Positions 62,101-64,000 of a stretch of DNA of 64,000 nt are shown here, one piece after another. Origin of the DNA: Eledone cirrhosa (Eukaryota). A program made the translations under genes and the position numbers. A model generated the notes under the pieces. The model searched no databases and was not told the origin of the DNA. It saw only the letters and a program-made list of their open reading frames with translations. The stretch spans positions 5,580,001 to 5,644,000 of the forward strand of contig OZ024745.1 in NCBI GenBank assembly GCA_964016885.1, written 5' to 3'. Position 1 is the stretch's first letter; the number at the start of each line of letters is the position of its first letter.

Positions 62101-62620
62101 CTACGACAACCTTTGGTCGTTATAAACTATGGCAACACTTGGTCGTTATAAACTATGACAACATACATTTTGTCGTTATAAACAATGACAACATTTGGTG
62201 GTTATAAACAATGACAACATTTGATCGTTATAAACTATGACAACATTTGGTCGTTATAAACTATGGCAACACTTGGTCGTTATAAACTATGACAACATAC
62301 ATTTCGTCGTTATAAACTATGACAACATTTGGTCGTTATAAACTATGACAACATACATTTAGTCGTTATAAACTATGACAACATTTGGTCGTTATAAACT
62401 ATGACAACATACATTTAGTCGTTATAAACTATGACAACATTTGGTCGTTATAAACTACGACAACATACATTTGGTCATTATAAACTATGAGAACATTTGG
62501 TCGTTATAAACTATGGCTACACTTGGTCGTTATAAACTATGACAACATACATTTTGTCGTTATAAACTATGACAACATTTGGTCGTTATAAACTATGACA
62601 GCATTTGGTCGTTATAAACT
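59160..62620. repeat. ~1.69-kb tandem duplication of a distinct variant lineage
   Basis: Offset 1686 for GACCAC (59281/60967), TATAGACT (G at 59559/61245) and GTTCGTCATA (60191/61877). GGCTACAC is present in both copies. Confidence 0.88.
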
Positions 62621-64000
62621 ATGACAACATACATTTGGTCGTTATAAACTATGACAACATACATTTGGTCGTTATAAACAATGACAAGATTTGGTCGTTA
62701 TAAACTATGACAACGTTTGATCGTTATAAACTATGACAACATACATTAGGTCGTTATAAACTATGGCAACACTTGGTCGTTATAAACTATGACAATAGAA
62801 ATTAGGTCGTTATAAACTATGACAACATTTGGTCGTTATAAACTATGACAACATACATTTGGTCGTTATAAACTGGCAACATTTGGTTGTTATAAACTAT
62901 GACAACATACATTTGGTCGTTATAAACAATGACAACATTTTGTCGTTATAAACAATGACAACATTTGATCGTTATAAACTATGAGAACATATGGTCGTTA
63001 TAAACTATGACAACATTTGATCGTTATAAACTATGAGAACATTTGGTAGTTATAAACTATGACAACATTTGATCGTTATAAACTATGAGAACATTTGGTC
63101 GTTATAAACAATGACAACATTTGATCGTTATAAACTATGACAACATACATTTGGTCGTAATAAACTATGACAACAGTTGATCGTTATAAACTATGAGAAC
63201 ATTTGGTCGTTATAAACTATGACAACGTTTGGTCGTTATAAACTATCACAACATACATTTGGTCGTTATAAACTATGACAACATTTGGTCGTTATAAACT
63301 ATGACAATATACATTAGGTCGTTATAAACTATGACAACATTTGGCCGTTATAAACTATGACAAAGTACATTTGGTGGTTATAAACTATGGCAACATTTGA
63401 CCGTTATAAACTATGACAACATTTGGTCGTTATAAACTATGACCACATACATTTGGTCGTTATAAACTATAAAAACATTTGGTCGTTATAAACTATGACA
63501 ACATTTGGTCGTTATAAACTATGGCAACATTCGGTCGTTATAAACTATGACAACATACATTTGGTCGTTATAAACTATGGCAACATACATTTGGTCGTTA
63601 TAAACTATGACAACATTTGGTCGTTATAAACTATGACAACATACATTTGGTCGTTATAAACTATGACAACATACATTTGGTCGTTATAAACTATGACAAC
63701 ATACATTTGGTCGTTATAAACTATGGCAACATACATTTGGTCGTTATAAACTATGACAACATACATTTGGTCGTTATAAACTATGACAACATACATTTGG
63801 ACGTTATAAACTATGACAACATTTGGTCGTTATAAACTATGACAACATACATTTGGTCGTTATAAACTATGACAACATAAATTTGGACGTTATAAACTAT
63901 GACAACAGACATTAGTTCGTTATAAACTATGACAACATTTGGTCGTTATAAACTATGACAACATACATTTGGTCGTTATAAACTATGACAACATACATTT

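Larger units (their letters stand above)
1..64000. repeat. Tandem satellite/minisatellite array of mixed 26-bp and 30-bp monomers, extending beyond both window edges
   Basis: Core TTTGGTCGTTATAAACTATGACAAC recurs every 26 or 30 bp from first to last base, always in the same orientation. The 30-mer differs by a 4-bp ACAT duplication (ACAACATTTG vs ACAACATACATTTG). Most units carry 0-2 substitutions and no unique sequence was seen. Confidence 0.99.

Noticed and set aside
63605-63796. 63-aa - strand ORF (MYVVIVYNDQ repeats)
   Set aside because: Antisense reading of the same 30-mer run. Shorter equivalents occur at every 30-mer run in the array.
63617-63835. 72-aa + strand ORF (VVINYDNIHL repeats)
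   Set aside because: It arises from six consecutive 30-mers (63641-63820) keeping one frame open. It has a TTG start, and the next 26-mer shifts frame into a TAA stop. No non-repetitive coding context.
1-64000. CRISPR array (26-30 bp partly palindromic repeats)
   Set aside because: Repeats abut directly with no unique spacers, and there is no leader or cas gene.
1-64000. Telomerase-made long telomeric repeat (yeast-like 23-26 bp units)
   Set aside because: No G-rich/C-rich strand asymmetry and no match to telomere units I recognise. The array is at least 64 kb, and kb-scale inherited variant patterns indicate recombinational amplification. A subtelomeric location cannot be excluded.
1-64000. 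Giant repetitive protein gene read via frameshifting
   Set aside because: Frequent 26-mers shift frame into TAA/TGA stops, and the ORF track shows nothing else. Variants show no evident codon-position pattern.
1-64000. Purely artefactual concatemer (rolling-circle or sequencing artefact)
   Set aside because: Nested, shared and lineage-specific variants imply a real evolutionary history. Individual near-identical duplications could still be assembly errors.
1-64000. Inversions or embedded transposon/unique insertions
   Set aside because: I saw no reverse-complement monomer (GTTGTCATAGTTTATAACGACCAAAT) and no non-repeat segment on reading through.

Overview
The whole 64-kb window is one uninterrupted, single-orientation, AT-rich (~30% GC) tandem satellite/minisatellite array that runs off both edges. 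It is built from two interleaved monomers: 26 bp ATTTGGTCGTTATAAACTATGACAAC and 30 bp ATAC+ATTTGGTCGTTATAAACTATGACAAC (roughly 2,300 units, estimated by dividing length by mean unit size). I see no credible genes, RNA genes, transposon fragments or CRISPR spacers, and the two listed ORFs are by-products of a run of 30-mers. I found no gene-encoded novel system and cannot assign the repeat to a named family or organism. The real structure is architectural. Each monomer carries an imperfect inverted repeat. The order of 26/30-mers and point variants forms a conserved ~3-kb higher-order cycle. That cycle has been amplified by nested duplications (432, 884, ~1,690, ~1,880, 3,570, ~3,750, 4,777, ~6,100 and ~28,000 bp offsets) whose relative order can partly be read from shared variants. 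Offsets were measured by eye from diagnostic variants, so breakpoints are approximate, and some duplications could be assembly artefacts.
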